Shown here: one piece after another, positions 48,983 through 60,362 of the stretch
Numbering within the stretch: the first letter of the stretch is position 1
How the letters are laid out: every line of letters starts with the position of its first letter
Source of the DNA: Synechococcus sp.
GTDB lineage: Bacteria > Cyanobacteriota > Cyanobacteriia > PCC-6307 > Cyanobiaceae
Assembly: GCA_047285305.1 (NCBI GenBank)
Contig: JBJBDL010000003.1
Coordinates: forward strand, 1,312,001 to 1,376,000
Reading direction: 5' to 3'
Length of the DNA: 64,000 nt
The notes under the pieces: model-generated
What the model saw: only the letters and a program-made list of their open reading frames with translations
Database searches by the model: none
What the model was told of the DNA's origin: nothing
Translations under genes and position numbers: made by a program

Positions 48983-50545
48983 CTATTGGCCGGTCTTCAG
49001 GCCTTGAATCAGGCGATCGAGGGCATAGCCGAACAGGCTGGGGTCGGGGTCGTCGGCGCCGAGGTCCTCCAGACCCAGCTCGGCCCAGCGGTCGCTGACC
49101 CGTTGTTCCAGATCCGCAGGACGGCTGAGGGGTTCACCCCATTCGTGATTTTTCTCAGGTCCCACCTTGGTGGTGGCATCAATGGCCAGTCGCCCCCCCA
49201 GGCCCAACTGCTCGCTGGCGAAGTCCAGGCTGTCGAAGGGGGTGTTCTCCAGGGTGAACAGGTCGCGCTGGGGATCCACCTGGGCCGCGATGGCCCAGAC
49301 CACCTGACGCGGGTCGCGCACGTTGATGTGACTGTCCACCACCACAACGAACTTGGTGTAGGTGAATTGCGGCAGGGCACTCCAGAAGGCCATGGCAGCA
49401 CGCTTAGCCTGCCCCGGATAGGCCTTGTCTATCGAGATCACCGCCAGCTTGTAGCTGAGGGCTTCCATCGGCAGGAAGAAGTCGGTGATCTCTGGAATCT
49501 GCTGCCGCAGGATCGGCGTGTAGATCCGGTTCAGCGCGATGGCCAGCATCGCTTCTTCCTTGGGAGGACGGCCGCTGAAGGTGGTGAGAAACACCGGATC
49601 CCGCCGTTGGGTCATGCAGTGGAAGCGCACCAGAGGTGAGTCCTCCACACCGCCGTAGAACCCCATGTGATCTCCGAAGGGACCATCCGGCAGCACTTCA
49701 CCAGGGGTGATCGTTCCCTCCAGCACCACTTCGCTGTGGCTGGGCACCTGCAAGTCGATGGTTTTGCAGGGGGCCAGACGAACCCCCTCTCCGGCATAGA
49801 TGCCTGCGAACAGCCACTCACTGAGTTGCACCGGGATCGGTGTGGCGGCGGCCATAACCAGCAGCGGGTGCACGCCGATGGCCACCGCTACCTCCAGCTT
49901 CTTCCCCATGGCGGCAGCCTTGCGCAGGTGGCGGGCACCGCCGCGCACGCTTAACCAGTGCACGGTCATCGTGTTCACCGACTGCTTCTGGAGCCGGTAA
50001 ACACCCACGTTGGGGACACCGGTTTCGGGGTCTTTGGTGATCACCAGTCCAAGCGTGATCACGCCCCCGGCATCTCCTGGCCAGGGCCGGATCAGGGGGA
50101 TGTTGTCGAGATCAACCTCATCGCCACGGAACACCTGCTGACGGCAGGGGGGTGTGAGGTCGCGGTCGGGCTTGGCCCTTACCAGGTCCCAGAAGACCCG
50201 GGCGAACTGTTTGGTTTCCTCCAGGCCTTTGGGGGGGCGGGGTTGCTGCAGCAGGGCCAGACGTGACCCCAGCTCCTCTAGTTGCTCGGCCCGTTCGAGG
50301 CCCATGCTCCACACCACCCGTTCCACGGTGCCGAGGATGTTGACGGCCACTGGCATCGACGAGCCGATCACGTTCTCGAATAGAAGAGCGGGCCCTCCTT
50401 GGCTCAGCACCCGGTCGGCAATGGCCGCCAGCTCAAGGTCGGGATCCACCGGTGCCGTGATCCGGCGCAACTGGCCGCGGTCCTCGAGCAGCTTGAGGAA
50501 GCCCCGCAGATCTTGGGTGGCCGGACCGGATTGGAACAGGGCCAT
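48983..50545 (-). CDS. ubiD: UbiD family decarboxylase
   Basis: [27 protein letters not shown]. Confidence 0.92.
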   Translation of the reverse strand: MALFQSGPATQDLRGFLKLLEDRGQLRRITAPVDPDLELAAIADRVLSQGGPALLFENVIGSSMPVAVNILGTVERVVWSMGLERAEQLEELGSRLALLQQPRPPKGLEETKQFARVFWDLVRAKPDRDLTPPCRQQVFRGDEVDLDNIPLIRPWPGDAGGVITLGLVITKDPETGVPNVGVYRLQKQSVNTMTVHWLSVRGGARHLRKAAAMGKKLEVAVAIGVHPLLVMAAATPIPVQLSEWLFAGIYAGEGVRLAPCKTIDLQVPSHSEVVLEGTITPGEVLPDGPFGDHMGFYGGVEDSPLVRFHCMTQRRDPVFLTTFSGRPPKEEAMLAIALNRIYTPILRQQIPEITDFFLPMEALSYKLAVISIDKAYPGQAKRAAMAFWSALPQFTYTKFVVVVDSHINVRDPRQVVWAIAAQVDPQRDLFTLENTPFDSLDFASEQLGLGGRLAIDATTKVGPEKNHEWGEPLSRPADLEQRVSDRWAELGLEDLGADDPDPSLFGYALDRLIQGLKTGQ

Positions 50546-50608
50546 GGGATGACGGTCTCGGCGCAAGCGGTCTCGGTACTGTGTCGCACGCCGGTGTTCA
50601 GCGTGGCC

Positions 50609-51340
50609 ATGCAGATCTACTACTTCCATGTGCCGGCAGAGATGCCGCAGGACCTTCGCCCCGATGCGGCGGTGGTGATTGACGTCCTGCGGGCCACCAC
50701 CACCATTGCCTGGGCGTTGCACAACGGTGCCGAGGCGGTGCAGGCCTTCGCCAGGCTCGACGATCTGCGCGCTGCTGCAGCGGCGTGGTCTGCCGATGCG
50801 CGTCTTCTCCTTGGTGAGCGCGGTGGGCAGATGCTCGAGGGATTTGACCTGGGCAATTCACCTGTTGCCGTGACGCCGGAGCGGGTGGCTGGCAAGCGTC
50901 TGTTCATGAGCACCACCAATGGCACCCGTGCTCTCGATCGTGTCCGCGAGGTTCCCCTGCTGCTAACGGCGGCGTTGCCGAACCGTGAAGCTGTGGCCCA
51001 GCGCTTGCTGGCGAAACAACCCAGCCAAGTGGCGATTGTCGGTAGCGGTTGGGAGGGGGCCTATTCCCTCGAGGATTCCCTGGCCGCTGGTGCCTTGGGC
51101 CATCGCTTGCTGGAGCTGGATCCCACTGGAAGCAGTGCCGCCAATGACGAACTCACGGCAGCCGTCTCTCTCTGGCGTCAGTGGCAATCCGAACCAGAGG
51201 CTTGTCTTCGCACGGCGACCCATGGTCAGCGCTTGATTCGCCTGGGCGATCACGATGCCGATTTCCGTTGCTGTGCTGGACTCGATCAGCTCAGTGTCGT
51301 TCCGACACAGGAAGAGCCTGGGGTGCTTCGGGTGGCCTGA
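50609..51340 (+). CDS. comB: 2-phosphosulfolactate phosphatase family protein
   Basis: [28 protein letters not shown]. Confidence 0.9.
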   Translation: MQIYYFHVPAEMPQDLRPDAAVVIDVLRATTTIAWALHNGAEAVQAFARLDDLRAAAAAWSADARLLLGERGGQMLEGFDLGNSPVAVTPERVAGKRLFMSTTNGTRALDRVREVPLLLTAALPNREAVAQRLLAKQPSQVAIVGSGWEGAYSLEDSLAAGALGHRLLELDPTGSSAANDELTAAVSLWRQWQSEPEACLRTATHGQRLIRLGDHDADFRCCAGLDQLSVVPTQEEPGVLRVA

Positions 51341-51374
51341 CTCTCACTAAAGTTCGCTCATCTGATCAGTGCAT

Positions 51375-52196
51375 GTGAGCGACTTCCTGGCGGCTGCTGT
51401 CCAGCTGACGAGCGGTCAGGTCCCGGAGCTCAACTTCAATGCAGCTGAAGAGCAGATCGATCTGGCTGCTCGCCGTGGTGCCGAGCTAATCGGTCTGCCG
51501 GAGAATTTCGCCTTCATGGGCGAGGACAGCCGGCGCCTGGAGCTGGCTCCGACCCTGGCGGAGCAGAGCAGTCGCTTCCTGGTGACTATGGCGCGTCGTT
51601 ATCAGGTGGCTCTGCTTGGTGGTGGTTTTCCTGTGCCGGTGGGTGATGGATCGCGAACCCTGAACCGCGCTGAGCTTGTCGACCGCGACGGCATGCTCCT
51701 GGGCCGTTACGACAAGATTCACCTGTTTGATGTCGACCTGCCGGATGGCAACACCTACCGCGAGTCGGCAACGGTGAACCCAGGTAGGGATCTGCCTCCG
51801 GTGGTTGAGATTCCTGGTCTCTGCAAGGTGGGGCTGTCCATTTGTTACGACGTACGGTTTCCTGAGCTTTATCGCCATCTCGTCGGTGCCGGCGCAGACC
51901 TGTTGATGATCCCTGCGGCATTCACGGCCTTCACCGGAAAAGACCACTGGCAGGTGCTTCTGCAGGCCAGGGCCATTGAAAACACGGCTTATGTCCTCGC
52001 TCCGGCTCAGACAGGTGTCCATCACGGTCGCCGTCAGAGCCATGGACACGCCCTGGTGATTGATCCCTGGGGAACGGTCCTCGCTGATGCGGGTGTCCAG
52101 GCGGGAGCAGCCATTGCTCCGGTGAACACCAATCACCTTGGTCATGTTCGGGGACAGATGCCGAGCCTTCGGCACCGCCAACCCACGCTGTTCTGA
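51375..52196 (+). CDS. carbon-nitrogen hydrolase (Nit1-like)
   Basis: LPENF, YDKIHLFD, ICYDVRFPE, ARAIEN. Confidence 0.92.
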   Translation: MSDFLAAAVQLTSGQVPELNFNAAEEQIDLAARRGAELIGLPENFAFMGEDSRRLELAPTLAEQSSRFLVTMARRYQVALLGGGFPVPVGDGSRTLNRAELVDRDGMLLGRYDKIHLFDVDLPDGNTYRESATVNPGRDLPPVVEIPGLCKVGLSICYDVRFPELYRHLVGAGADLLMIPAAFTAFTGKDHWQVLLQARAIENTAYVLAPAQTGVHHGRRQSHGHALVIDPWGTVLADAGVQAGAAIAPVNTNHLGHVRGQMPSLRHRQPTLF

Positions 52197-52201
52197 GCGC
52201 C

Positions 52202-53296
52202 ATGGCTCCGGCCTCGTCCCGACGGATGGCCTGGCTTCTGGCTGCAGCCCTGCAGTGCACGGCCTTCACCCAAGCGTTGCCTGCCCGAGCCGCCAGTGCC
52301 TTGGCCGCCTGGGCCTTCACGGAGAAGGGGGTTCTCAAGCTGCGCACCAGCCGGAACGCTCGATTGGAGGCGTTTTTTCAGGCCGCCAGCGATGGCCGCG
52401 GCACCCGGGTCTGGATTGACATTCCAGGTGAGCTGAGATTCCCGCGGCGCCTGGCGGGACGCGGTGCCGTCCGTGAGATCCGGCTTGGCAAACCCCGCGC
52501 GGGGGCCACCCGTCTGGTGGTGGAATTCCGCCCTGATGTGGATCTCAACCCCAACGATCTGCGCCTGCGTGGAACCGCTCCGGACCGCTGGGAACTTGTG
52601 TTCACCGGCCTGCCCACCCGCGGCTTGGATGATTTCGGTGAAGGCGACCTCAGCGGTCGTGCCACGGCTTGGCTCCCACCTGGTGGCTTCCGTCCCACCC
52701 GCACGCCGGTGGATCCTTCCGGGCTTCCCACGGTGGTCCGCAACCGGTTTCGCATCGTGATCGATCCCGGTCATGGCGGCCCTGATCCGGGGGCCATCGG
52801 CATTGGTGGTCTGCGCGAGACCGACGTGGTTTTGGATGTGTCGCTGCAGGTGGCCGACCTGCTGCGGGCGAGGGGCGTGGATGTGCGCTTGACCCGCACC
52901 CGCGAAGTGGATGTGGACCTGCCGCCGCGGGTGTCCCTGGCGAACCGCAGTGGGGCCACGGCCTTCGTGAGTATCCATGCCAATGCCTTGAGCATGAACC
53001 GTCCGGATGTGAACGGGATCGAGACGTTCTTCTTCTCGGACCCCCGTTCTGGACGCCTCGCGTCCTACCTGCAGCAGCAGATGATGGACGTGTCCCCCGG
53101 AACACCGAATCGCGGTGTCAGACGCGGTCGATTCTTCGTGATCCGGCGCAGCACCATGCCTTCGGCCCTGGTGGAGATGGGATTCGTCACTGGGGCGATT
53201 GATGCGCCGCGTCTGGCCAAGGCCAACCATCGCCGCCGCCTGGCGTTGGCCCTGGCGGCCGGCATCCTCAACTACCTCAAGCAGGAGGTGCGATGA
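52202..53296 (+). CDS. N-acetylmuramoyl-L-alanine amidase (AMIN plus Amidase_3)
   Basis: IDPGHGG.DPGA, FVSIHAN, LVEMGF. Confidence 0.93.
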   Translation: MAPASSRRMAWLLAAALQCTAFTQALPARAASALAAWAFTEKGVLKLRTSRNARLEAFFQAASDGRGTRVWIDIPGELRFPRRLAGRGAVREIRLGKPRAGATRLVVEFRPDVDLNPNDLRLRGTAPDRWELVFTGLPTRGLDDFGEGDLSGRATAWLPPGGFRPTRTPVDPSGLPTVVRNRFRIVIDPGHGGPDPGAIGIGGLRETDVVLDVSLQVADLLRARGVDVRLTRTREVDVDLPPRVSLANRSGATAFVSIHANALSMNRPDVNGIETFFFSDPRSGRLASYLQQQMMDVSPGTPNRGVRRGRFFVIRRSTMPSALVEMGFVTGAIDAPRLAKANHRRRLALALAAGILNYLKQEVR

Positions 53297-54090
53297 CGCC
53301 ACAACTGCTGGGGTTCTTCGACAGCGGCCTGGGGGGGCTGACGGTTCTGCGTCGGGTGCTCGAACGCCATGGACCGGTTCCCTGCGTCTACCTCGGTGAT
53401 ACGGCCCGGGTTCCCTATGGCAACCGTCAACCGGATGACATCCGGCGCATCGCCGCAGAAGTGGTGGGTTGGTTGCGCGACCAACAGGTCTCCACGGTGG
53501 TGATGGCCTGCAACACCACCAATGCTCTGGCGAGGGATGTGGCCGAAGGACAGGCCGGGGTACCGGTGATTGGTCTGATCGGCGCCGCCGCAGCGATGGT
53601 GGAAACGCGCCGTGTTGGCGTGCTGGCAACACCAGCCACCGTGGCCTCCTCGGCCTATCGGGCCAGCATTGAAGCGCTTCATCCCGGCTCGGTGGTGATC
53701 GAGCAGGCCTGTCCTGCCTTTGTGCCCCTGATCGAAGCCGGCGAGATGAACAGCGACGACCTGCGTCGTGCGGCCCAGGCCTATCTCGAACCCTTGCTGG
53801 CGGCTTCCGTGGACTCGATCGTGCTGGGTTGCACCCATTACCCGTTATTAGTGCCCCTGTTGCGTCAGCTGCTGCCGGAGTCGGTCCAGATCATTGACCC
53901 GGCCATTGGCGTGGCCCGGCAACTGGATGCCGTTCTGGGGCCACCGGCGCGCATCTCGCCGGCTCCAAGGTCGTTTTCCTTGGAGAGCTGCCGCTTCTGC
54001 GTCACCGCGGAACCCGATGGCTTCGCAGTGCGCGCCACTCCCTGGCTGGGCCAGCGGCCTGCAGTCAGCCTCCAGCTGCTGCAGGACTGA
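53293..54090 (+). CDS. murI: glutamate racemase
   Basis: FDSGLGGLTV, ACNT, LGCTHY. Confidence 0.96.
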   Translation: MTPQLLGFFDSGLGGLTVLRRVLERHGPVPCVYLGDTARVPYGNRQPDDIRRIAAEVVGWLRDQQVSTVVMACNTTNALARDVAEGQAGVPVIGLIGAAAAMVETRRVGVLATPATVASSAYRASIEALHPGSVVIEQACPAFVPLIEAGEMNSDDLRRAAQAYLEPLLAASVDSIVLGCTHYPLLVPLLRQLLPESVQIIDPAIGVARQLDAVLGPPARISPAPRSFSLESCRFCVTAEPDGFAVRATPWLGQRPAVSLQLLQD

Positions 54091-54127
54091 GCGTGGGACC
54101 ACTAGGATCGCGGCGCCGAGGGGAGTC

Positions 54128-55099
54128 ATGAGCACCGTTACCGAGCTACTCCAACCGGTAGAGACAGATCTTGAAACCCTGCTCGGAGACCTGCGCAGCC
54201 TGATCGGGGCAGGTCATCCCATTCTCCAGGCCGCTGCCGAGCATCTGTTCAGCGCCGGCGGCAAGCGGTTGCGTCCTGGCATTGTTCTGCTTCTGTCGCG
54301 GGCCCTGTCCGCGCGAGGAGAGCTCTCGCCCCGCCACCGCCGCCTGGCTGAGATCACCGAAATGATCCATACGGCCTCCCTCGTTCACGACGATGTGGTG
54401 GATGAGGCTTCGACCCGGCGCGGGGTGGACACGGTCCACAGCCGGTTCGATGCCCGGGTTGCTGTTCTTGCCGGCGACTTCCTCTTTGCACAGGCCAGCT
54501 GGCACCTTGCCAACCTCGATGACCTCGATGTAGTCAAGCTGCTCAGCCGCGTGATCATGGATCTCGCGGATGGGGAGGTGAAGCAGGGCCTCTACCGATT
54601 CGACACGGCCCAAACCTTTGAGACCTACCTCGAAAAGAGCTACTGCAAGACGGCATCCCTGATTGCCAACAGCTGTCGTGCCGCAGGAGTCCTCAGCGGC
54701 TGCTCGCCGTCCCAGCTCGACAGCCTCTATCAATTTGGTCGGCAGTTGGGCCTAGCCTTCCAGGTGGTGGATGACATCCTCGATTTCACCGGAAGCGACC
54801 AGCAGCTCGGTAAGCCGGCCGCCAGTGATCTAGCCAGCGGCTATCTCACCGCACCCACCTTTTATGCCCTTGAGGAGCATCCATCGCTGCAGCCGTTGAT
54901 CGCTCGCCAGTTCTCCGAGCCCGGTGACCTGGATAAGGCACTGGAGATGGTGCGGGCATCTAAGGCGATTGAACGCACCCGTGAGTTGGCGGAAACCTTT
55001 GCCCGCGAATCCCGTGAATCGATCGCTTGGCTGCCGGAGTCTTCGGCGCAACGCGCCTTGATGGAACTGCCGGACTTTGTCCTCAGCCGCCTGTACTGA
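54128..55099 (+). CDS. sds: solanesyl diphosphate synthase
   Basis: GGKRLRP, HDDVVD, FQVVDDILD. Confidence 0.9.
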   Translation: MSTVTELLQPVETDLETLLGDLRSLIGAGHPILQAAAEHLFSAGGKRLRPGIVLLLSRALSARGELSPRHRRLAEITEMIHTASLVHDDVVDEASTRRGVDTVHSRFDARVAVLAGDFLFAQASWHLANLDDLDVVKLLSRVIMDLADGEVKQGLYRFDTAQTFETYLEKSYCKTASLIANSCRAAGVLSGCSPSQLDSLYQFGRQLGLAFQVVDDILDFTGSDQQLGKPAASDLASGYLTAPTFYALEEHPSLQPLIARQFSEPGDLDKALEMVRASKAIERTRELAETFARESRESIAWLPESSAQRALMELPDFVLSRLY

Positions 55100-55108
55100 G
55101 CAGCGACT

Positions 55109-55759
55109 TCAACACAACAGTTTCAATGCAACAGCCAAGCTGTTGATTCCACAGGGGTTGGTGTTCAGGTCGGGTTGGTCTGAGCCTTTGGGGCTCACCA
55201 GCCAGACCTGACACCCGGCCCCAAGGGCCGATTGGCTGCCGGCCTGGGAATCCTCCAGAGCCCAGCAGTTGCTCGGGTTGAGCCCCAAGCGGTGGGCGGC
55301 AAGCCGAAAGGGTGCTGGGTCGGGTTTGCCCGCGTCGAGCTCGGGATCGTCACCGTAGACCCGTTCCTTGATCAGCTCGAGCCAGGGATGGGGGGCTGCT
55401 TTGAACGCAACGGCATCGCGGCTGCTGCTTGTCACCAGTGCCATGGGGATGCCCCGGTTGTGGCAATGCGCCACCAGTTCCTGCGCGGCAGGCATCGGGG
55501 CAGCATCCGGAAGCAGGGCACGCACGATCGGCTGCTGCACTGCCAACAGGGCATCCGCGCCCACCGGTTTCGCCAGCCATGCATCCACCTGGGCCGCACA
55601 GTCGAGCCGGCGACGGCCCTTCAGCTGCATCAACTGGGCCTCGCTCAGCTGGGTGCCGAAGTGGGCCGCGGCTTCACACCAGCCCCGGCCATGCAGCGGC
55701 TCGGTGTCGAGCAGAAGCCCATCCAGATCGAACAGGCAAGCGGCAGGTGGCAGTTTCAT
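55109..55759 (-). CDS. HAD family phosphatase
   Basis: FDLDGLLLDTE, GKPDP, EDS. Confidence 0.9.
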   Translation of the reverse strand: MKLPPAACLFDLDGLLLDTEPLHGRGWCEAAAHFGTQLSEAQLMQLKGRRRLDCAAQVDAWLAKPVGADALLAVQQPIVRALLPDAAPMPAAQELVAHCHNRGIPMALVTSSSRDAVAFKAAPHPWLELIKERVYGDDPELDAGKPDPAPFRLAAHRLGLNPSNCWALEDSQAGSQSALGAGCQVWLVSPKGSDQPDLNTNPCGINSLAVALKLLC

Positions 55760-55888
55760 CCCGGGATGGCGATGCCCAGCTCAATCCTTTCGCATCGACT
55801 GCAACATCGTCCGACGGATTGATACGGGACCTGGATCAAGCGGGGTCCTGCTCCTTACCCTTCCAGGAGAAGCACTGCGCAGTCTGCT

Positions 55889-57862
55889 GTGACCGACGCC
55901 AACACCACCATAGAAAGCGTGCTGCAGGAGCAGCGGGTGTTCGAGCCGCCAGCAGACACCGCCGCCAAAGCGCGCATCGGCAGCCTCGATGCCTACAGGG
56001 CCATGGCCGATGCCGCCAAAAACGATCCCGATGCGTTCTGGGGTGAGGCCGCCCGCCGAGAACTGCATTGGTTCGAGCCCTTCCACACCGTGCTCGATTG
56101 GTCGAATCCTCCGTTCGCGCGCTGGTTTGAGGGAGGGACCACGAACCTCTCCTACAACTGCCTGGACCGTCATCTCGAAGGGCCAACGGCGCAGAAGACA
56201 GCGTTGATCTGGGAAGGAGAACCGGGGGATGTGCGCCGGTTCACTTACCAGGAACTGCATGCCGAGGTGTGCAAAGCCGCCAATGGCCTTAAGGCCATGG
56301 ACATCGGCAAGGGTGACCTTGTGGCGCTCTACATGCCGATGGTGCCTGAGGCGGCGATCGCCATGCTCGCCTGCGCGCGTATTGGTGCTCCCCATTCAGT
56401 GGTGTTCGGTGGCTTTTCCGCTGAAGCCCTGAGGGACCGGCTCAACGATGGCGAAGTGAAAGCGGTGATCACCGCTGATGGCGGGTTCCGCAAGGACAAG
56501 CCGGTGTCACTTAAGCCCGCGGTGGATGCGGCGCTGGCCAATGGCGCCTGCCCCTCAGTGACCGGCGTGCTTGTGGTGCAGCGCACCAAGCAGGACGTTG
56601 AGATGGTCTCCGGTCGAGATCAGTGGTGGCATGACCTGGTGGAGGGTCAGAGTGCCGACTGCCCCGCTGAGCCGATGGCCAGCGAGGACCGCTTGTTCGT
56701 GCTCTATACCTCCGGCTCCACCGGCAAGCCCAAGGGCGTTGTGCACACCACCGCCGGCTACAACCTCTGGGCCCACCTCACCTTCAAGTGGATCTTCGAC
56801 ATTCGGGATGAGGATGTCTTCTGGTGTACGGCCGATGTGGGTTGGATCACCGGCCACAGCTACATCGTCTACGGCCCCTTGTCGAACGGTGCAACGACGG
56901 TGATGTACGAGGGTGCACCGCGCCCGTCCAAGCCCGGTGCTTTCTGGGAGTTGATCCAAAAGCACGGAATCACAATTTTCTATACGGCTCCCACCGCAAT
57001 CCGGGCGTTCATGAAGAGCGGACGCTCCGTTCCGGATCAGTTCGACATGAGCAGCCTCCGGCTGCTCGGCACCGTCGGCGAACCTATCAATCCGGAGGCC
57101 TGGATGTGGTACCGCGACGTGATTGGAGGCAACCGCTGCCCGATCGTCGACACCTGGTGGCAGACCGAAACTGGCGGGGTGATGATCAGCCCCCTGCCTG
57201 GTGCAACGCCCACCAAGCCCGGCTCCGCCACCTTGCCCCTGCCCGGCATTCAGGCCGACATCATCGATGCGGAAGGCAACAGCTGTGGTGCCGATGAAGG
57301 CGGGTACCTGGCGGTGCGTGCCCCCTGGCCTGGAATGATGCGCACTGTGCATGGCAACCCCCAACGCTTCCGCGAGAGCTATTGGGAGCACATCCGGCCT
57401 GCCGATGGTTCCTATCTTTATTTCGCGGGGGATGGTGCCCGGCGGGATGCTGATGGCTACTTCTGGGTGATGGGTCGCGTCGATGACGTGATCAACGTCT
57501 CGGGCCACCGTCTCGGCACGATGGAAATTGAATCAGCCCTGGTCAGTCACCCTGCGGTGGCGGAGGCGGCCGTCGTGGGTCGGCCCGACGACCTCAAGGG
57601 CGAAGGCATCGTGGCCTTCGTCACCCTGGAGGTGGGCCGCGAGGGCGATGACGCGCTGGTGAAAGAGTTGCGCGCCCACGTGGGAACAGAAATCGGTCCG
57701 ATTGCCCGGCCGGATGAGATCCGTTGCAGTGATGCCCTGCCCAAGACCCGCAGCGGCAAGATCATGCGCCGGATTCTGCGGGCCCTGGCGGCGGGTCAGG
57801 AGGTGAGTGGCGACACCAGCACCCTGGAAGATCGCTCCGTTCTGGATCGCCTCAGGGCCTGA
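55889..57862 (+). CDS. acs: acetyl-CoA synthetase
   Basis: [32 protein letters not shown]. Confidence 0.97.
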   Translation: MTDANTTIESVLQEQRVFEPPADTAAKARIGSLDAYRAMADAAKNDPDAFWGEAARRELHWFEPFHTVLDWSNPPFARWFEGGTTNLSYNCLDRHLEGPTAQKTALIWEGEPGDVRRFTYQELHAEVCKAANGLKAMDIGKGDLVALYMPMVPEAAIAMLACARIGAPHSVVFGGFSAEALRDRLNDGEVKAVITADGGFRKDKPVSLKPAVDAALANGACPSVTGVLVVQRTKQDVEMVSGRDQWWHDLVEGQSADCPAEPMASEDRLFVLYTSGSTGKPKGVVHTTAGYNLWAHLTFKWIFDIRDEDVFWCTADVGWITGHSYIVYGPLSNGATTVMYEGAPRPSKPGAFWELIQKHGITIFYTAPTAIRAFMKSGRSVPDQFDMSSLRLLGTVGEPINPEAWMWYRDVIGGNRCPIVDTWWQTETGGVMISPLPGATPTKPGSATLPLPGIQADIIDAEGNSCGADEGGYLAVRAPWPGMMRTVHGNPQRFRESYWEHIRPADGSYLYFAGDGARRDADGYFWVMGRVDDVINVSGHRLGTMEIESALVSHPAVAEAAVVGRPDDLKGEGIVAFVTLEVGREGDDALVKELRAHVGTEIGPIARPDEIRCSDALPKTRSGKIMRRILRALAAGQEVSGDTSTLEDRSVLDRLRA

Positions 57863-58580
57863 TCGCCTGGCCGATGGTTCGGCTCAGCTGACGGATGACC
57901 GCCACCCGCTTGGGGTCATCCGCCCAGTCTCCGAGAAAGCTTCGCCGCAGCCCTGCACTGGCCGGGGTGAGGTGATCGCCTGGCAGCTCCAGGGTTGAGC
58001 TGGCGTCGGAAGGACGTTCTCGCAGGGCCTGAATCAGATCGCCGCTTTGATCCAGTTCATCGCGCCCGAAGCGCACCACCAGATTCCGCTCCTGTATGTA
58101 GTGGCGGCTGATCAAGCGAAGCGTTTCAGCTGGGCTTGGGCTGAACTCGGTTTCCACCCCGAGCCTTGGTGCCAGTTCCCCCAGCAAGGGAATCGAGCGA
58201 TCGGCGTTGAAGTTGTTGAAGCTCAGGGCCACCAGAGCCCTGCTGCCGCGACCCCCATCGGGGGCCAGCAGGTGAAGCTTGCAACCCAGGCTGTGGCCAA
58301 GCCGCAGCGGAGCTCCAAAGGCCCCGCAGCGCACCTCAAGTTGGTGACGCGCTGAGCGGAAGGCACTCCAGGCATCGCGGGCCTGACGTTGATGATCGAA
58401 CCCAGGCACATAGGCCCAGGCATGAACAGCCAACCCGTCCGCCGCAAGGTCTTCAAGCAGCCTGCGGTAGCTGATCTGGGGGGTGGCCGCCAGATAGCTG
58501 CCGCCGATGAATTCGATCAATCCCGTGGGTTCGGCCGGCCGCAGTTGCCAGATCGCACCCAGCTGACGCCAGTTGGCCAT
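57852..58580 (-). CDS. DUF1350 alpha/beta-hydrolase-like protein
   Basis: FIGG...P..SY, GHSLGCK, SFNN, GDHLTP. Confidence 0.85.
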   Translation of the reverse strand: MANWRQLGAIWQLRPAEPTGLIEFIGGSYLAATPQISYRRLLEDLAADGLAVHAWAYVPGFDHQRQARDAWSAFRSARHQLEVRCGAFGAPLRLGHSLGCKLHLLAPDGGRGSRALVALSFNNFNADRSIPLLGELAPRLGVETEFSPSPAETLRLISRHYIQERNLVVRFGRDELDQSGDLIQALRERPSDASSTLELPGDHLTPASAGLRRSFLGDWADDPKRVAVIRQLSRTIGQAIRP

Positions 58581-58582
58581 GC

Positions 58583-59038
58583 TCAACCGCGCAGCTGCTT
58601 TAGCACCTGCTGTGCTTCACGCACGTGGGCCGGTCCATCCAGGAGGTTGCTAAAGGTGTGACGGATTACTCCCTCGTCATCAACGATGTAGGTGACGCGA
58701 CCGGGCAGCAGACCAAGGGCTTTGGGCACACCCATCTCGCGGCGCAGGGCGTTGTTGCGGTCGCACAGCAGCGGAAACGTGAGGTTGTGGCGGGTGGCGA
58801 AACGGCGGTGGCTGACGGCGTCATCACCGCTGATGCCCCAGACCTCAGCATCGAGTGCAGCAAAGCTCTCTGTGTTGTCGCGGAAGCTGCAGGCTTCAGC
58901 TGTGCAGCCGGGTGTGTCGTCCTTGGGATAGAAGAACAGCACCAGCCAGCGGCCCTGCACCGAAGCGGGAGTGCGAAGGTCACCGTTCTGATCCTCCAGG
59001 CTGAAGGAGGGGAGCCGATCGCCGATCCCGAGGGCCAT
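58583..59038 (-). CDS. peroxiredoxin (BCP/PrxQ)
   Basis: FFYPKDDTPGCTAEAC. Confidence 0.92.
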   Translation of the reverse strand: MALGIGDRLPSFSLEDQNGDLRTPASVQGRWLVLFFYPKDDTPGCTAEACSFRDNTESFAALDAEVWGISGDDAVSHRRFATRHNLTFPLLCDRNNALRREMGVPKALGLLPGRVTYIVDDEGVIRHTFSNLLDGPAHVREAQQVLKQLRG

Positions 59039-59123
59039 TTGATTGAAATGAAGAGGTTGAACCTTAGGCAGCAGGCACCTTGCCCGGGGCGGGAGAATCA
59101 GGGGCGGGAGGAGTCACTGCGCC

Positions 59124-59966
59124 ATGCCTGAACAGCTCGATTTGCTTGCGGGATTTTCAAGGCCTCAGGCGGAGCCCCAAACAGCGGCAACGCTGTTGCC
59201 TGCTCCGCAGGCCGCTGAACCCGCGGCCAAGGCTGATCAGCCCGAGGATGCGCCAGAGGCCTCCCCGACCACCCTGCTAATCATCGACACCGAGACCTCC
59301 GGTTTGGATCCGCAGCAGGACCAATGCCTTGAGCTGGGCTGCATTTTGTTTGATGTGCCGAGTCGTTCGGTGCTGGCCCAGCAATCGTTTCTTTTGCCGG
59401 TGGACTCCAACGCGGCAGAGGCGATCAACCGGATCCCCGCCGCCGTCACCCGCAGGCCTCAGCCCTGGCGGGAGGCGCTGGTGTGGTTTGAGCATCTGCT
59501 TGAAGCTGCCGATCTGCTGGTGGCCCATAACGCGGCATTCGATCGCCAGTGGTTCGGTCTAGGCGTTGTGCCGGCCACCGCAACACGGTGGCTTTGCACC
59601 ATGGAAGACATCCGCTGGCCGGCGGAGCGTCAGTTGCGTTCGCGGCCGTCGGTGCGGGACCTGGCCTTGGCCTACGGCGTCCCGGTTTGGGCGGCCCACC
59701 GAGCCCTCAGCGATTGCATCTACATCGCGGAAGTCCTCGCCCGCTGTGACGATCTTGAGCAGCTGTTGGAGCGGGGCCTGGAACCCCGCAAGTTGATGCG
59801 TGCACGGGTGTCGTTCGAAGAACGCCACCTCGCCAAAGCAGCGGGTTTCCGTTGGAACGATCCGATCAAGGGGGCCTGGACCCGTCGTTTGAGCGATCGT
59901 GAAGTGGCGGAGCTGGAGTTTCCGGTAGCGCCCCTTGAGCTCGAAGCCGATCGGCTCAGCGACTGA
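59124..59966 (+). CDS. DEDDh 3'-5' exonuclease (DnaQ-like)
   Basis: IDTETSG, AHNAAFD, HRALSD. Confidence 0.9.
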   Translation: MPEQLDLLAGFSRPQAEPQTAATLLPAPQAAEPAAKADQPEDAPEASPTTLLIIDTETSGLDPQQDQCLELGCILFDVPSRSVLAQQSFLLPVDSNAAEAINRIPAAVTRRPQPWREALVWFEHLLEAADLLVAHNAAFDRQWFGLGVVPATATRWLCTMEDIRWPAERQLRSRPSVRDLALAYGVPVWAAHRALSDCIYIAEVLARCDDLEQLLERGLEPRKLMRARVSFEERHLAKAAGFRWNDPIKGAWTRRLSDREVAELEFPVAPLELEADRLSD

Positions 59967-60045
59967 GCCTGCGCATTTGCTTCAGCACTCCGAAGCGTCT
60001 GGGTGATTTTGCGGAGAGTGCTGCTGAACGCAGCAGGCTGAAGCC

Positions 60046-60315
60046 ATGACGGCTTTTCTGCACCCCCATCAACGCCCCATCCGCTCCCGCCTGCGTCAAT
60101 GGCAGCAGGTGCGCACCTGGGCGCGTTTGATTCGTGAAGCCGAAGCGCTCTGGCATGTTGATGTGCGTGCGCTGCGACGCATGGGGGCGGATGAACTCAG
60201 CCAGTTGATTGAGGAGGTCCCCCCCCCCCATCGCAAACGGGTGAACCGCTGGCTGCGCTGTTATTCGGTCGCAACACGGCTCACCGTCGCCTCCACCGTC
60301 GTTCCCACCGCCTGA
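60046..60315 (+). CDS. small hypothetical protein
   Basis: 89-aa ORF, WARLIREAEALW motif. Confidence 0.68.
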   Translation: MTAFLHPHQRPIRSRLRQWQQVRTWARLIREAEALWHVDVRALRRMGADELSQLIEEVPPPHRKRVNRWLRCYSVATRLTVASTVVPTA

Positions 60316-60362
60316 GCCTGGATCAACGACGCGGGAGGATCGATCAAATTACTCAAACGGTT

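Noticed and set aside
60219..60229. C11 homopolymer as a phase-variation switch
   Set aside because: In frame (encodes Pro-Pro-Pro) with no evidence of length variation from one sequence
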